Positions 1 to 8,816 are shown, counted from the first letter of the stretch. The stretch is DNA of 34,152 nucleotides from a bacterium (GCA_037446635.1 JBBIIG010000018.1:1-34152), one strand, 5' to 3'. A program made the numbers and translations. The notes: generated from the sequence alone by a model not told the origin.

Positions 1-166
1 TACCATGATACGCCAGAAAAGCTTTTAGTAACTTTTCAATCGCCTGCTGTGCATGAAAGCAAGCGGTATCAAAAGGCCCGTCGCTATCGACCAATTTCTT
101 TGCGCTGACCAAATCGCTCTCGGCTTTGGCGAGCCACCCACGCGTCAATGCAATCTTATCTTTCAT
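1..166 (-). CDS. HEPN-domain protein, putative toxin of an MNT-HEPN pair; 3' end runs off the window
   Basis: Not in the ORF track. Hand translation from ATG at 166 gives MKDKIALTRGWLAKAESDLVSAKKLVDSDGPFDTACFHAQQAIEKLLKAFLAYHG, which carries the HEPN W..KA..DL and CFHAQQA.EK..KA signature. Overlaps the MNT stop. Confidence 0.9.
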   Translation of the reverse strand, partial: MKDKIALTRGWLAKAESDLVSAKKLVDSDGPFDTACFHAQQAIEKLLKAFLAYHG

Positions 167-476
167 ACAGCACGATTCCTTGCTGCAACACCTCCGTAAT
201 GAAAGCATTGGGTACTTGACGCCATTCGTTGACTTCCTCTGGAGTCCAGACCAAAATGTCTTTTGAAATTCGAAAATCGCGCAAGGCCTGACGGTATTTG
301 GCTGCTCTCTTATAGCGTGGTTCAGATGACGGCTCAATGATCAGAAAGTCGTAGTCACTGTCCACCTTTGCTGTATTTGTGCTTCTTGAGCCAAACAATA
401 CGATTTTTTGCGGGTTTCCAACTTCGAGCAGTCTTTTAGTGATTTTCTCCAACAGGCTTTTGTTATTTCTGGTCAT
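156..476 (-). CDS. Minimal nucleotidyltransferase (MNT) antitoxin
   Basis: GS-X10-DxD motif (GSRSTNTAKVDSDYD) and C-terminal GIVLYER. ATG at 476 is preceded by AAAGAGGA. Confidence 0.9.
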   Translation of the reverse strand: MTRNNKSLLEKITKRLLEVGNPQKIVLFGSRSTNTAKVDSDYDFLIIEPSSEPRYKRAAKYRQALRDFRISKDILVWTPEEVNEWRQVPNAFITEVLQQGIVLYER

Positions 477-536
477 GTGTGGTTCCTCTTTGCTGTAGTC
501 CAATCATAAATTGGTTTGTCACAACCTATTCCGCCA

Positions 537-1166
537 TTATTTTTCAGCCGAATACTTCTCCCCCGCCTTTACCGCCACCGGCAGCCGATTCTCCGCCGGC
601 GGGATCGGACAACGATAGCCGGTTTTTCCGTAAGCGCACAACGGATTATAGGCCAGGTTGAAATCCACTGTGTAAACGCCGGACTCGTTCTCCTCAAAAT
701 CCAAATAGCGGCCGCCGCCGTAACTTTCTTTGCCAGAGGTGGCGTCGAGGAACGGCAGAAACAAATAGTCGGGATATTTGCTTTTGACATCGAGCAACTG
801 GTAAACGTGCAGCGTGCAGGGGTGGGTTTCGATTTCAAATGCAAAGTAGCCGTATTTGATGGCGTCCCGATCCACGCCAGCGCTGGTCAAAATTTTGCAG
901 GTGTCGGGCGCGGCGTTTTTGTGCAGCGGCAGTTCAAAGCGATATTTCAGATCGATGGGAAAATAGCTGAGGCCGTTGAAGCTGGCCTTCCTGTCGTCGG
1001 GAATCGGTGAGTCGGCGTCGTTCTTAAACGACTGATCTTTTTCGCGGCGCAGATGTTCGATATCCGCAACGATCGGATCCTCAACCTTCGGTGTCGATGA
1101 TTGGCAGCCCATCGCCGTCAACGCAAATAGGCCGAGCATCCATTTCAGAGAAATTATGATTTTCAT
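537..1166 (-). CDS. DUF1684-family lipoprotein
   Basis: Motifs LFLPFLDATSGKESYGGGRYLD and DFNLAYNPLCAY..YRCPIPP.ENRL; lipobox AMGC. ATG at 1166 forms an ATGA overlap with the cupin stop. Confidence 0.85.
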   Translation of the reverse strand: MKIIISLKWMLGLFALTAMGCQSSTPKVEDPIVADIEHLRREKDQSFKNDADSPIPDDRKASFNGLSYFPIDLKYRFELPLHKNAAPDTCKILTSAGVDRDAIKYGYFAFEIETHPCTLHVYQLLDVKSKYPDYLFLPFLDATSGKESYGGGRYLDFEENESGVYTVDFNLAYNPLCAYGKTGYRCPIPPAENRLPVAVKAGEKYSAEK

Positions 1167-1513
1167 ACGCACTTTTCCGGTGTAGGTATGAGACACAGAA
1201 ATTTCAGATCACGTAATCCAATATTTTGAAACTGATGCTTTTCGTTGGGGGCGACGAAAATCACGTCGCCGGCTTTAAAGCGATGCGAGGTCTCCTCGGC
1301 TTTCAACACGCCCTCGCCCTCTAACACAAAAATCTCGTGTTCATAATTGTGAAAGTGAAACGGCGTATGGCCGCCGGGCGCCACCGTGAACATACGCATC
1401 GCAAAGTTGGGCGCCCCGTCTTTGTCGGAAATCAACAAACGCATTTTGGCGTCTTTCGCGCCGTCCATCGTGACCACGGTTTCTTTTACCTCGGCAAAAT
1501 TCTGAATCCTCAT
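1163..1513 (-). CDS. Cupin_2 domain protein
   Basis: PGGHTPFHFHNYEHEIFVLEG and GDVIFVAPNEKHQF cupin motifs. GGAGG RBS before ATG 1513. Confidence 0.88.
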   Translation of the reverse strand: MRIQNFAEVKETVVTMDGAKDAKMRLLISDKDGAPNFAMRMFTVAPGGHTPFHFHNYEHEIFVLEGEGVLKAEETSHRFKAGDVIFVAPNEKHQFQNIGLRDLKFLCLIPTPEKCV

Positions 1514-2082
1514 GTCGCCTCCTTTGTTTTTTCTGCTTCCGATTTGATGATTCTCAGTGCCTCCTTCCTCACCCAACCACTGAACGGTTGAACAAACCTC
1601 CAATAGCGCGCAAATTTCTGAAGACTCATTTCATCAAGACACTTAACGCGAGTTTCTGTGCGCAGAATCACGCCGCCGGAAATTGGGTGCAGACTGAAAT
1701 TCCACACCGCTTTGGCAAAACCGGATTGATTGAAATTGCGAAAACTCTCGGCGTCGATTTTCTGAATGTCGCCGCACGCGGTCCAAAAGCGGCCGACCAA
1801 TCCCAGCACGATCTCCTGATTCGGAGTTTGCGCCAACAAAATGAATCCCGATTTCAGCAGCGCATCTATCGTCAACCCCAACGATGATGCCCGCTGTTCA
1901 TTTCGCGTGAAAAACCCGGGTAGCGAGCGCAACGTAAACAAAGTACGAATGATCAACGAACGCTGAAAATTCAGCTTCAGCACCTTTTCAAAAACAATGG
2001 TCGCCGGCGCGGAAATGGCGATCTCGTGCCGTTCGTCAAATTGGTAGTCGAGCAGGAATAAGTCCAACGATGACGCGGACAC
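1510..2082 (-). CDS. Hypothetical protein, DUF2867-like
   Basis: Motifs FDERHEI, EIVLGLVGRFW, KAVWNF, LRTETRV and F.RYWR.V.PFSG. Likely GTG start at 2082 after AGGA. Confidence 0.6.
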   Translation of the reverse strand: MSASSLDLFLLDYQFDERHEIAISAPATIVFEKVLKLNFQRSLIIRTLFTLRSLPGFFTRNEQRASSLGLTIDALLKSGFILLAQTPNQEIVLGLVGRFWTACGDIQKIDAESFRNFNQSGFAKAVWNFSLHPISGGVILRTETRVKCLDEMSLQKFARYWRFVQPFSGWVRKEALRIIKSEAEKTKEAT

Positions 2083-2089
2083 ATTTTCC

Positions 2090-2113
2090 TGTAATTCGTG
2101 CAATTCGTGGTTT
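2090..2113. repeat. Solo arm of 9-nt-periodic repeat, TGTAATTCGTGCAATTCGTGGTTT
   Basis: 24/24 identical to 13681-13704; lies 6 nt after the queC stop. Confidence 0.85.
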
Positions 2114-2119
2114 GAGGTT

Positions 2120-2806
2120 TTAAAGATACACCGGCCGCTCCGCATAAGGAATCGGATCCTCGACGCCAGCTTTTTGAAATCCTCGTAAACGAAAACCGCA
2201 GCTATCGCATACGCCGCACGCCACGTCCTCGCGCTGGTAGCACGACCACGTCAGCTCGAACGGCACACCCAATTCAACCCCCGTTTTCACAATTTCAAAT
2301 TTCTTCAAATGAATGATGGGCGTGACGATGCGAAGATTCGTCTCCGGTTTTGTGCCGGCCGCGATCACCTTCTCGAACGCGTCATAAAATTCCCGGCGGC
2401 AGTCCGGGTAGCCGGAGCTGTCCTCCTCCACCGCGCCGACAAAAATTTTCGCGGCGCCAATTACTTCCGCCCAGCTCGTGGCAATGGATAGCAAATTGGC
2501 GTTGCGAAACGGAACGTACGACGTTGGGATGTCCGAATTCTGCAAATCCGCTTTGGCGACGGTGATCTTCTCGTCCGTCAAACTGGAGCCGCCGATTTGC
2601 TTGAGATGCTCGACGTTCACCACCAGCGTTTTCTCGGCGCGATAAAATTTTGCCAGTTCATTGAACGCTCGCAGTTCGCGCTTCTCCGTGCGCTGGCCGT
2701 AGTTGAGATGCAGCAGTGCCAGCCGGTATTCCTGTTTCGCGAGGGCGATGGTCACCGCGCTGTCCATGCCGCCGCTGGCGAGGACCACTGCTATTTCTTT
2801 TTTCAT
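2120..2806 (-). CDS. queC: 7-cyano-7-deazaguanine synthase
   Basis: SGGMDS PP-loop, YGQR, YVPFRN, YPDCR, and TWSCY..CGVCDSC zinc site. Start at MKKEIAVV. Confidence 0.96.
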   Translation of the reverse strand: MKKEIAVVLASGGMDSAVTIALAKQEYRLALLHLNYGQRTEKRELRAFNELAKFYRAEKTLVVNVEHLKQIGGSSLTDEKITVAKADLQNSDIPTSYVPFRNANLLSIATSWAEVIGAAKIFVGAVEEDSSGYPDCRREFYDAFEKVIAAGTKPETNLRIVTPIIHLKKFEIVKTGVELGVPFELTWSCYQREDVACGVCDSCGFRLRGFQKAGVEDPIPYAERPVYL

Positions 2807-2844
2807 TCCTTGTTCGATATTCGTTTTCAATTATCGATCATCGA

Positions 2845-3183
2845 TTATCGATTAAAAGAGGCTTTCACCACCGATCTTAGCCCACCGCGCACCGTGAACT
2901 CCCCAATGACTTCCATACGGCGCGGCTGGCAAGCGGCCACGAGATCATCCAAAATTTTGTTAACCACGGTTTCGTAAAAAATGCCCTGATTGCGGAATTC
3001 CAAAAAATAATATTTCAGCGCCTTCAACTCCAGACAAAGTTTGTCCGGCACATAATTGATGGTGATGGTGCCAAAGTCCGGCAGCCCGGTCATAGGGCAA
3101 ACCGAGGTGTACTCGGTGTTGACGATGGTGATGGTGTATTCGCGGTTGGGGTATTTGTTCTCAAATGTTTCCAAACGCTGCAT
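2845..3183 (-). CDS. queF: NADPH-dependent preQ0 reductase, short unimodular type
   Basis: EYTSVCPMTGLPDFG, ELKALKYY and F.VRGG motifs; adjacent to queC. Confidence 0.93.
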   Translation of the reverse strand: MQRLETFENKYPNREYTITIVNTEYTSVCPMTGLPDFGTITINYVPDKLCLELKALKYYFLEFRNQGIFYETVVNKILDDLVAACQPRRMEVIGEFTVRGGLRSVVKASFNR

Positions 3184-3247
3184 ATCTCTCTCCGAATTGA
3201 ATTCGGATAGAATTAAACACGCTGCGCTCAGAAAATCAAGGGCTAAT

Positions 3248-4072
3248 TTAAGTGGTTATCGATAAAAAAAATCGGGAAGAATCGCAATTGGCTATTTTAG
3301 CGATGATCGTCAAACTCTTCAAATCAAGGACCGCCAATTCCTTGCGGATGTCTTGAATGTCCTGCAATTTTTCGCCTTTCAGCGCCAACACCACGATCGG
3401 GCGCAGAAATTTAGCCAGCACGAACGTATCGATGCACTGCCGATAGGGGGGAGAATTCAACAAAATCAAATCAAAGCGCGTTTTCAGCAGTTCCATCAGT
3501 TGCAGAAAACGGTTGGACATCAAAACGCGCACGGGAAAATCCAGCGGGTCGCCGCCGCCCATCCAAAACACGTTTTGCAGTTCGGTTCGAAACACAATTT
3601 CATCCAACCCCAAGGTTCCCGAAACGTAGTCGCTCAAACCGCCTTTGTAATTCACCGCAACCCCCGGTTTCGGCCCCGCCGGCACTCGCAAATTGCAATC
3701 GACAATCAATATTTTTTTCTCGGCGCCAAACCCTTCCGCCAACTGCTGAATTAACTCCAGCGTCAAATCCTCGTCCGCGGGCGAATTGAATAAAAACAAA
3801 TTGCTGCCGGCCGTCGCGCTCAGTTCCAACAGACGGTTGGCTAAATAGCCGATGCCGGCCGCAGCGTTTGATTTCGTACTCGAAAAAATCTCAGGGGGCG
3901 AGATCGCTTCCATCGCGGCGGCGAGATACTCGCGGTCGGCCTGGTGAAAATGTTGAATGAATTCAATATCGGAGTAACTGCGGCCGTCCTGCGGGTTTTC
4001 TGAAAACAAGTGCAAACTGGGGAGGCGGCCGTTAACGGGGCTGTGAGGAGTCGAGTTGAGTTGGTCCATCAT
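3248..4072 (-). CDS. CpsD/CapB (Wzc kinase-domain)-like protein with degenerate catalytic motifs
   Basis: KKILIVDCNLRVP, GLSDY and RFDLILLNSPP resemble BY-kinases, but Walker A is absent. Lies downstream of a Wza-like gene. Confidence 0.7.
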   Translation of the reverse strand: MMDQLNSTPHSPVNGRLPSLHLFSENPQDGRSYSDIEFIQHFHQADREYLAAAMEAISPPEIFSSTKSNAAAGIGYLANRLLELSATAGSNLFLFNSPADEDLTLELIQQLAEGFGAEKKILIVDCNLRVPAGPKPGVAVNYKGGLSDYVSGTLGLDEIVFRTELQNVFWMGGGDPLDFPVRVLMSNRFLQLMELLKTRFDLILLNSPPYRQCIDTFVLAKFLRPIVVLALKGEKLQDIQDIRKELAVLDLKSLTIIAKIANCDSSRFFLSITT

Positions 4073-4085
4073 GTTTGTATCATCG

Positions 4086-4718
4086 CTAAATGTGTTTGGT
4101 GTTCTTTTGAGATTGGTTAGTCGAAGATTTTTTCACGTAAATTACATCGAATGGAATTAACTTGAAATCGCGTTTGGACAACTCCCGCAAGTTATTCTTT
4201 TTTATTTCGAGCTTATGAATTTTCACGCCGTCGCCGCGGTTGCGCAGCACGATAACCTCGTAATCGAGAGCGGCGTCCTTCAGGCCGCCGGCCATGATGA
4301 TGCCCTCGGCAACCGTGAGCGCGCCGCGAACCCGCAGCACGCCGGGATTTTTGATATCACCGTTGATATAAACATTGTAGTTTGAAGATTGCACCACCGA
4401 CACCGACAGCCGCGGCTCGGCTAACATCTGGCCGTATTTTTCGAGAATAATCTCTTTGAAAATGTCGAGCGTCAAATCGTTGACGCGCAGCACGCCGATC
4501 ATCCGCAGCGCCAGCGTGCCCTGCGCGCTGACAACGAGCGTTTGATTAAAATCGGGATAATGTTGGAAACGAATTTCGATGATGTCCCCGGGACGGATTT
4601 TATAGTCGTTCACGCCGTTAGTCGGCGAGGACTTCCCCATTTCAATGGAGCCGGAACACGCGCACACACAACCGAGCAGGATCGTCAAAAAAAATTCAAA
4701 TAATCGTTTTTTCAGCAT
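4086..4718 (-). CDS. Wza-like polysaccharide export lipoprotein (Poly_export plus SLBB)
   Basis: Lipobox-like CACS, DYKIRPGDII, VYINGDIKNPG..LTVAEGIIMAGG, and L.PFDVIYV. Confidence 0.85.
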   Translation of the reverse strand: MLKKRLFEFFLTILLGCVCACSGSIEMGKSSPTNGVNDYKIRPGDIIEIRFQHYPDFNQTLVVSAQGTLALRMIGVLRVNDLTLDIFKEIILEKYGQMLAEPRLSVSVVQSSNYNVYINGDIKNPGVLRVRGALTVAEGIIMAGGLKDAALDYEVIVLRNRGDGVKIHKLEIKKNNLRELSKRDFKLIPFDVIYVKKSSTNQSQKNTKHI

Positions 4719-4744
4719 AAGCGCTCATCTTTGGCCGCGAGTTA

Positions 4745-4760
4745 CGCAACGGCTGTGCCA
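4745..4760 (-). promoter_or_regulatory. Sigma-54 (-24/-12) promoter of the wza-like gene
   Basis: Minus strand TGGCAC-AGCCG-TTGCG matches TGGCAC-N5-TTGC, 26 nt upstream of the ATG. Confidence 0.8.
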
Positions 4761-4863
4761 CCAAAAAACAAAATTTGTGACTTGAAATGGGCGTGAAAAA
4801 ACAGCGGCTTACAAAATTAGAGCGCACAATTACGGAGAGAGAAAACGTCGCGGTTTTGAACTT

Positions 4864-4880
4864 TGTCTCAACGCTTCACA
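4864..4880. promoter_or_regulatory. Candidate enhancer-binding-protein site, TGT-N11-ACA
   Basis: TGTctcaacgcttcACA lies about 105-120 nt upstream of the -24 box. The motif is short and could be chance. Confidence 0.4.
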
Positions 4881-4932
4881 CCACACCCTTGTTGAATGTG
4901 GAACGGGCAAAGGTCGGGTAATTCAATTCGTA

Positions 4933-5067
4933 GGGGCTGTCCAAAAAATCGATTTTTTGGGAATGTCATGCCCGCATGCTTTTAGCCGGCATCTTCAATA
5001 GTCTCGCAATGGATGCCCGACAAAAGCATTCGGGCATGACAGAAACCTGACTTTTTGGACAAACCCC
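4933..5067. mobile_element. ~135 bp non-autonomous MITE/REPIN-like element, copy 1
   Basis: Terminal inverted repeats GGGGCTGTCCAAAAA and TTTTTGGACAAACCCC, flanked by TA on both sides; internal 29-nt inverted repeat. Homologous copy at 32053-32186. Confidence 0.8.
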
Positions 5068-6248
5068 TACGGGAGCAGCGAAGCGCGGGTGACGGCGTCG
5101 TCGCCGTATTTGTCTTTAAGGGAATCCAACAAATTGCTGAGCTTTTGGTTGATGGGTTTCTCCTGCTCGAACAGACCGAGCTGCTCGCCATAAATGGAGC
5201 TCAACTGCGAAACGCCGACGCCCACCAGCCGCACCTTCTGGTTTTTGCGATCAAAATTGCGGAACAGCTCGATGGCGACACCGCGAATGATCTCGGTGGA
5301 ATCGATAAAATCGGAAAAAGAACGGCTGCGGGTGAAGGTGGAAAAATCCTTCAGGCGAATTTTGAGGGTGATGGTTCGGCCCTTGAGCTGACTTTTGCGC
5401 ATCAGACGCGCCAGCTCGTCCGATAATTGAAACAGGGTGCGCTCCAACAACTCCGGGTCGTCGGTATCTTCGTCAAAAGTAATCTCCTGGCTGATAGATT
5501 TTTGCGGCGACCAGGTCACCACCGGCCGCTCGTCGATGCCGTTGGCCAGCAGCCAGAGGGCGTGGCCCCATTTCCCAAGCCTTCGACCCAGCTCGACTTC
5601 CGGAAGATTGGCAATTTCTCCGATCGTGGTGATGCCCATATTTCTCAGCACGACCTCTGTTTTCTTGCCAACGCCCCACAATTTTCCAATGGGCAGCGGC
5701 GCGAGAAACGCTTTTTCTTCTCCCTCGTTGACGGCCACCAGTCCATCCGGCTTTTTGAGATCGGAAGCAATTTTAGCGAGAAACTTGTTGGGCGCAATGC
5801 CTACCGACGCCGTCAACTGCAGCTCGCTGTGGATTCGGTTTTTAATTTTGTGAGCGATGTCCTCAGCGCGGCCAAACAGGTGCAGGCTGCCGGTCACATC
5901 CAGAAACGCTTCGTCGATACTGATCTTCTCGATCACCGGCGTGAAGTCCTGCAAAATCGCCATCACCTGGCGCGAGGCCTCGCCGTAGCGCTGGTAGCTG
6001 CCGCGCACGTAAATGGCGTGGGGACAAAGTCGATAGGCTTTGGAGATAGGCATGGCGGAGTGAATGCCGTACTTTCGGGCTTCGTAACTGGCGGTGGCCA
6101 CCACGCCGCGGCCGCGCCCGCCTTTGGGGTCGGCGCCGACCACCAGCGGCCGGCCCCGATACTCGGGGTGATCGCGCTGCTCCACCGCCGCAAAAAAGGC
6201 GTCCATATCGAGATGGAGAATCGTCCGGCTCATCTTTTGATTGGTCAT
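5067..6248 (-). CDS. dinB: DNA polymerase IV (Y family)
   Basis: HLDMDAFFAAVE, SYEARKYG, SIDEAFLD, KIASDLKKPDG, and clamp-binding motif QLGLF. Confidence 0.96.
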   Translation of the reverse strand: MTNQKMSRTILHLDMDAFFAAVEQRDHPEYRGRPLVVGADPKGGRGRGVVATASYEARKYGIHSAMPISKAYRLCPHAIYVRGSYQRYGEASRQVMAILQDFTPVIEKISIDEAFLDVTGSLHLFGRAEDIAHKIKNRIHSELQLTASVGIAPNKFLAKIASDLKKPDGLVAVNEGEEKAFLAPLPIGKLWGVGKKTEVVLRNMGITTIGEIANLPEVELGRRLGKWGHALWLLANGIDERPVVTWSPQKSISQEITFDEDTDDPELLERTLFQLSDELARLMRKSQLKGRTITLKIRLKDFSTFTRSRSFSDFIDSTEIIRGVAIELFRNFDRKNQKVRLVGVGVSQLSSIYGEQLGLFEQEKPINQKLSNLLDSLKDKYGDDAVTRASLLP

Positions 6249-6434
6249 TTCAAACGCCGGCCAAATTAATCTAAATGCTTAAAATAAGCAAATTTTATTT
6301 TTGCAAGCTGGGCAGTATGCGGTTACTATTAGCGTTAAAAAGCATGAATGAAAAATTCTTTGCTTTTTTAGATCGAACGGGCTTATCTTCCATCAATCAT
6401 CACCAATTTTTTATTAACAAACGAGGTCTCCATT

Positions 6435-6812
6435 ATGGCCAGCTTACAAACTGCAACGGATCGTGCGGCTTCAAAGCAATCCATCATCGTCATCAAAGTT
6501 GGGGGCTACCTCGATTTCACGACATCCGACGAAATAGATCGGGTCATCGAACGCTGCACCAAAAGCAGCAATCATCGGATTATCATAGACCTCGCGGATG
6601 TGGACTACATCAGCAGCCGCGGCTGGAGTATTTTCCTCAGCCGATTAAAAGAAATTCGCGATGCCGGCGGCGATTTAAAATTAGCGCGAATGAAGCCGGA
6701 CGTGTTTCAAGTTTATGAGGTGTTGGAGTTCTTCTGGTTTTTGAAAAGCTATGAAAACCTGGAAGAAGCGGTGAGAGAGTTTGATCAAGGGGTGTCGCCG
6801 ATGCCGGAATAA
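6435..6812 (+). CDS. STAS-domain anti-sigma factor antagonist (RsbV/SpoIIAA-like)
   Basis: G.LDF, IIIDLADVDYISSRGW (phosphorylatable Ser), GGDLKLA; GAGG RBS. The only plus-strand gene. Confidence 0.9.
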   Translation: MASLQTATDRAASKQSIIVIKVGGYLDFTTSDEIDRVIERCTKSSNHRIIIDLADVDYISSRGWSIFLSRLKEIRDAGGDLKLARMKPDVFQVYEVLEFFWFLKSYENLEEAVREFDQGVSPMPE

Positions 6813-7297
6813 CCGTCGGCCTCCAGCAGCATATATTCAATTTTCAGCAGCAGCGTCAACTCATACATGATGAGCACGATGTACAAAAATAGCACCGCCA
6901 ACAGAATCATCTTCACACTTACCCGCCCGCCAAAAATCAGATGATTCTTGTGAATCAAAAAAATCACTCCGCAAACGACCGTTAGTAAAAATTTAACCGA
7001 AAGAAAGGGCAGCGGCCCAAAGGTGAGAAAAAAGTGCATCGCAGGATTGATCTCGCGAGCCCCCAACTGCACCAGCTTTAACGTGAAAAAGGCGTCGCTC
7101 ACCGATAAAACGATGATGAAAACAAGAGTGAGCGCCGACCGCAGACTGTAGATATCAACATAGGGTTGGTGGTGGCGATCTTCTTGGCGGCGGATAAATT
7201 TTCTACGGCCAAACAAACTTTTAATTGTCAGCGGCGCGGTGGGCCGGACGCGGCGATCAGTTTGGCGACGACGCTCCGGAAACGGCAATTTTTCCAT
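6785..7297 (-). CDS. DUF5658-like membrane protein with Arg-rich N-terminus
   Basis: LSVSDAFFT..L..GAREINPAM motif, three hydrophobic segments, N-terminal ERRRQTDRR. Confidence 0.7.
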   Translation of the reverse strand: MEKLPFPERRRQTDRRVRPTAPLTIKSLFGRRKFIRRQEDRHHQPYVDIYSLRSALTLVFIIVLSVSDAFFTLKLVQLGAREINPAMHFFLTFGPLPFLSVKFLLTVVCGVIFLIHKNHLIFGGRVSVKMILLAVLFLYIVLIMYELTLLLKIEYMLLEADGYSGIGDTP

Positions 7298-7532
7298 TTA
7301 TTATTAAATCTTACCCGTGAATTCCACTCAAATGTTTTTTAAAATCATCGACGGTCAGGTTTAAAATTAATCACGGGCTTCACCTTGGACTTGGCAATTC
7401 AACATCGAAGCCCACCGAAATATACTGAACAAATAGTTTTCATGCGTAAGTTCGCAGCTAAGCATCACTAAATGGGATTCGGCGCCTTTCAGTGTGGCTT
7501 CGATGTTTAATTTCAACTTTGCCGAATTGAGT

Positions 7533-8765
7533 TTAACTTTGGTGAACAATTTCTAAGATTTCTTCATTCGTGAGGATGCGGTTGGAGGACTTAGCTTTGT
7601 TGAAAATGGCCGTCACCCATTCTCGTTTCGGCTCGATATTGTGTTTCTGCAGCCAATAAATCACATTGGACTCGCCGCTCATGGGTCCGATCTCGATGAC
7701 CTGATGCCCGCCGAACCACTCCGCCGGCACCCCGGAATAAACCCGATCCGCCAACCAGCTTTCTCCCTTCTTTTCGGCTTTTATGATGGCAGCCGCGTGT
7801 ACGCCGGTGCCGGTGCGAAACGCATCCGCACCGATGATGGGATAATTTTTGGGAATGGGGACGCCGTAAGCTTGCGAGACTTTTTCACAATATTTTTTGA
7901 GAGAGGTCAAATCGTTATCGATCCAGCCCATCAGCTTACAATTGGCCAGAATCAAATCCATCGGCGTATTACCCACCCGTTCGCCAACGCCGATAGCGCA
8001 GCCGTGCACACGAGTAGCGCCGGCCTCGAGGGCAGCAAAAGTGTTGGCCACGTCGAACCCGCGGTCGCGGTGGCCGTGCCAATCGACGCCGACTTCCGCG
8101 CCGGTTTCCTTCACCACCTCCACTACAAACGATACCAAATTTTTGACGCCCGCCGGGGTAACATGCCCAACGGTATCGCATACGCAAATGCGTTTCGCCC
8201 CGGCGCGAATCGCGGTGGTGTAAAGCTGGCGAATGTGCTCGGGATGGGAGCGCACGGTATCCTCGGTGACGTACATCACCGGCAATCCGTGTTTAACCGC
8301 GAACTTCACAGCGTTCTCCGTCTGCCGTAAAAGAAAATCAATATCCCACCCTTCAGCGAATTGCCGAATGGGACTGGAGCCAATGAAGGTGCACGCTTCG
8401 ATGGGCAACCCGACTTTTTGGGAAATTTCGATGATTGGGATAATGTCCGCTTCCACAGTGCGGGCGGCGCAGTTGGCGCGAATGTTCAGCTTGCTATCAA
8501 GAATCTCCTTCGCCAGTCGAGTCACATCGGCGACGGCGCGCGGCCCGGCGCCGGGCAATCCCAGCGCCGCGGTGTGAATTCCCAGCTCGTCCATCAAGTG
8601 AAGAATCTCAATTTTATCTTCGATGGGCGGATCGATCACCGACGGCCCCTGCAAGCCGTCGCGCAGGGTTTCATCATCAAAATGAATCGGAGCGCTCGGA
8701 CGGAATCCGCTGTAGTTGTGGAGATTCCAGTCGTAGATGAGATCGCTTTCGTTTAGATTCGGCAT
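7533..8765 (-). CDS. Short-form LeuA/homocitrate-synthase-like DRE-TIM acyl-CoA condensing enzyme
   Basis: DETLRDGLQ, HGHRDRG, GVGERVGN and GVHAAA motifs. 410 aa with no C-terminal regulatory domain. Confidence 0.85.
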   Translation of the reverse strand: MPNLNESDLIYDWNLHNYSGFRPSAPIHFDDETLRDGLQGPSVIDPPIEDKIEILHLMDELGIHTAALGLPGAGPRAVADVTRLAKEILDSKLNIRANCAARTVEADIIPIIEISQKVGLPIEACTFIGSSPIRQFAEGWDIDFLLRQTENAVKFAVKHGLPVMYVTEDTVRSHPEHIRQLYTTAIRAGAKRICVCDTVGHVTPAGVKNLVSFVVEVVKETGAEVGVDWHGHRDRGFDVANTFAALEAGATRVHGCAIGVGERVGNTPMDLILANCKLMGWIDNDLTSLKKYCEKVSQAYGVPIPKNYPIIGADAFRTGTGVHAAAIIKAEKKGESWLADRVYSGVPAEWFGGHQVIEIGPMSGESNVIYWLQKHNIEPKREWVTAIFNKAKSSNRILTNEEILEIVHQS

Positions 8766-8783
8766 GAAAAAAATCCTATGAAT

Positions 8784-8816
8784 AGATGAGACTCATCTTA
8801 AAGATGAGTCTCATCT
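8784..8816. repeat. 33 bp double palindrome, AGATGAGACTCATCT-TAA-AGATGAGTCTCATCT
   Basis: Perfect 15-3-15 inverted repeat; each arm is itself palindromic. Confidence 0.9.

Noticed and set aside
2120..3183. queC/queF as a Dpd or QatC-type defence system
   Set aside because: Both are canonical queuosine enzymes; no dpdA or qat partners are present.
3184..3247. preQ1 riboswitch upstream of queF
   Set aside because: Only a short TCCGAATT-N-AATTCGGA palindrome is present; no preQ1 aptamer core or A-rich tail.
6249..6434. LexA box upstream of dinB
   Set aside because: No E. coli-type (CTGT-N8-ACAG) or Bacillus-type (GAAC-N4-GTTC) box was seen; a lineage-specific box cannot be excluded.
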